Below are positions 18,151 through 20,678 of a stretch of 20,678 nucleotides of DNA, in pieces. Every line of letters starts with the position of its first letter. Position 1 is the first letter of the stretch. This stretch comes from Octopus sinensis. Its lineage: Eukaryota. Where the stretch lies: NCBI RefSeq assembly GCF_006345805.1, contig NW_021836778.1, positions 1-20,678 of the forward strand, written 5' to 3'. Under the pieces are notes generated by a model. The model was not told the origin of the DNA. It saw only the letters and a program-made list of their open reading frames with translations, and made no database searches. A program made the position numbers and the translations under genes.

Positions 18151-18605
18151 TTTTGATAACTTGATATTCTGATTGGAAAAGAAGTTCTATCTTAACTTGA
18201 ACTGTCAAGAGTTCGATTTATTTTTTAACATGATAAATATTCTAAATGTTGAAAATTAATATAAATTATTCTTTTAATCCTTAAAAAGAACAGAAAAAGT
18301 AACTCAAAGAATAGTCGGGAGCCTGATGGTCAGTTCAGGCGCACAAATGTTGCAAATATTCGAATCCAATGCAGAATGCTGTTGACCACACATTTAGAGA
18401 AATATCTTCTCCCTGCACTGAAGCGAAAATGAAATATAAATCAAAAAAATTCACATTTTTTAATCAAATCCTCCTCCAATTGTGACACATCAGAACCGTC
18501 GCTACAAACGGCCAAACTCGACAGAATCTCCTAAAAATCTTAAAAAGATTATAACCAATAACTGTCTTTGTATCAATTCCTTAAGTCATATTATTATAAT
18601 ATTCT

Positions 18606-18920
18606 CTAAATACTATAAAGTTCAGAATCAAACTTAAAATATAATTCCCTCAAATCATCAAAACGTCCCAGCAACTCATCAAAACCAATCCCAATAGTAG
18701 ATGAAACACAAACTGCCTGAAACAAAACAATCTTTAAAAATACCTCAATCGTCTCATTAAAATGATCAAGAACCGAATCAAGTGACGTAATGAGGTTAGA
18801 TGCATGTGATGTATCTTGGTCAAGAGCTTCCCAGTAAACAACAGAGTTTCTTATCCACTCCAAGACGACTCCAGTGCCATCCAAATCACACTGAAATTCA
18901 TCAATATGTTTAGACCTTAT
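18606..18920 (-). pseudogene. Unassigned open frame, possible host-gene remnant
   Basis: Stop-to-stop frame of about 104 codons with no ATG and protein-like composition; no motif recognised. Confidence 0.2.
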
Positions 18921-19067
18921 TTAAACAAAGTAATAACGGCAAATTAAATTTAAGCATTGAACAGGTGTAGAGCATGTTGACCATAAAAGTAACTGGGTCA
19001 CGACCACGTTTGAATCGGTGATATACAACACCACCGTGGGAAATGATGATGCCTGTAAAATATTAAT

Positions 19068-19294
19068 CTGGGGAGACAGAGAGTCGCCTTGGAGTATACC
19101 ACGTTCTATATTAACAGTTCCTGGCTGTTTTTTCCCAATCTCAGAGAGACTTTCCAGTTTTGAATAATTGACATAATAAAACTAGTTATCAAAATAAGCA
19201 ATCCAGAGTTTTCCAGGATTTCAACAAGAAAGTCATGACTAACTGAGTCAACTGCCTTATCATGAATTTTATGGAATAACATCCCATATTTATT
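19068..19294 (-). pseudogene. Second copy of the R4-like RT fragment (see 243-469)
   Basis: Same sequence within the long repeat; ...GTVNIERGILQGDSLSPQ. Confidence 0.9.
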
Positions 19295-19300
19295 CTAAAT

Positions 19301-19470
19301 TTAAAAATTATTATATTGATTCAACAAATTATTATATTGATTCGAAAAATTATTATATGGTTCGAAAAATTATTATATGATTCGAAAAGTTATTTATTGG
19401 TTCGAAAAATTATTATATGATTCGAAAAGTTATTATATTGGTTCGAAAAATTATTATATTGATCCGAAAA
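19301..19470 (+). repeat. Second copy of the 20-21-nt minisatellite
   Basis: Same array as 476-647 with two additional 1-nt deletions. Confidence 0.95.
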
Positions 19471-19714
19471 CCCTATATAAAAATAGTTGGTGTTGGGGGG
19501 AAGATGGTTACCTTAAAATCGTAAGAATCGCTTTCATTATCCGATTCTTGGTTAATTAACTAAAAATGAGACATCTATAATTATAATTTTAAATCGCAAC
19601 TGATGTTTATTGATGCCAGGATGATGTTTTACTATTGTTTTGGATCCACATTTTTGGTCAATACCAGTGTCTTACTAGGCAGAAGACATAACATATTCAG
19701 TCCTGTAAGGCACT

Positions 19715-19843
19715 CCTTCGTCTACTTAGAAAGTTGGTGATCAATAGTTTGAGCTTTCCTAGAAACTTGTTTTAAATTATTTTCCTTAATAGAATCTTTC
19801 TCAAAACTAAGTCGAAAGCTATGTCTATATCGACGGAACAGAG
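19715..19843 (-). pseudogene. Second copy of the LINE-type RT fragment (see 892-1020)
   Basis: Same sequence within the long repeat. Confidence 0.45.
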
Positions 19844-20678
19844 TTAATATAATTGATAAATTGCCTTCTTTCATCAGAAGGTCGGCAGTCGGCAACTCCA
19901 GAGAGAGTTCGTTGAAGGGGAGTAGAACCTCTCGGGCAACATTTTGGTATCAACAATTAGTTAAATTCAACAATTAATAGCATATAAACAAAGAATTATT
20001 TCCGACTATGTCCAAAAAGATTCTTTATGAGATTTCGTTTTTTGAATGAATTTTAAATTTGCCAAATAACCAAAAAAATATTGCATCCATAACTTGCATT
20101 GACAAAAACGGAATTACAGGAAAAATGATTTATTTTCTTAAAGAAAAACTACCCTTGAAAAATGGAAATACAATTTGGGATGCTAAAGCAAGTGATAACA
20201 GAAAAGGTTTAATGACTGGTACGGATTACCAGGAATAATGTCTAACATGTTATTAAAACAGCATGAAACTCCACCCAGATTCAATTACCATCTTATTATT
20301 ATAACATCTAGACTCCCAGGCAATAAAAACTATAATACTCATGTTTAATTTATCAATACAAGCACCATTCCGGACTTTAGAAAAAGTCTTATATAACGAC
20401 TAGCAAACCAAACAAAACTCATAGCAAATTAAGAAATGATGAAAGTAGAAGATAGTTTTTCCTGTTTTATAAGTTTTTTTTATTAAAAGCGGGTGTTGAA
20501 CGCTAGGAAATTCATGACATCCCATTTATATTTAGAATCCGTATGTGGTGAGATGTCAATGACGCTTAACTCGTCAACCCCTAACGGAGCTCCCGGCACA
20601 GGCAGCCGGTGTGAGTTGAACCCGAGACCGAGAAAGTTGCCAGCAAATATCGAATAAGGTAGTTAATTAAATGACATA

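Larger units (their letters stand above)
18828..20678 (+). repeat. Long direct repeat, copy 2 (partner 1-1855)
   Basis: 1851 bp versus 1855 bp; collinear throughout. Confidence 0.97.

Overview
AT-rich eukaryotic DNA made almost entirely of nested transposable elements; no intact host gene was identified. The element families suggest a microsporidian or other AT-rich invertebrate-associated eukaryote (inference). Four junction-resolved structures stand out. (1) A Tc1-type remnant (4212-6231, minus) holds a pogo/Tigger element (4367-5066, TA TSD) and an R4-like retroelement 3' fragment. (2) A Buster-type hAT element (6298-11965, 8-bp TSD ACCTAGAA) has its transposase split in frame by a Helitron (6902-11558, A|TC...CTAG|T). 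The Helitron carries a polyadenylated retro-stub with TSD, a CRE-like endonuclease fragment, a ~26 x 95-bp tandem array and a deleted PIF1-like helicase. (3) A near-complete R4/Dong-like RT-REL retrotransposon (12238-17402, minus) is flanked by a 217/220-bp direct repeat. (4) That ORF is interrupted by a TGT...ACA, 42-bp-TIR Ginger-like integrase element (15291-16746), whose removal restores the frame. Bases 1-1855 recur at ~99% identity at 18828-20678. All family assignments rest on manual motif recognition; no database search was run.
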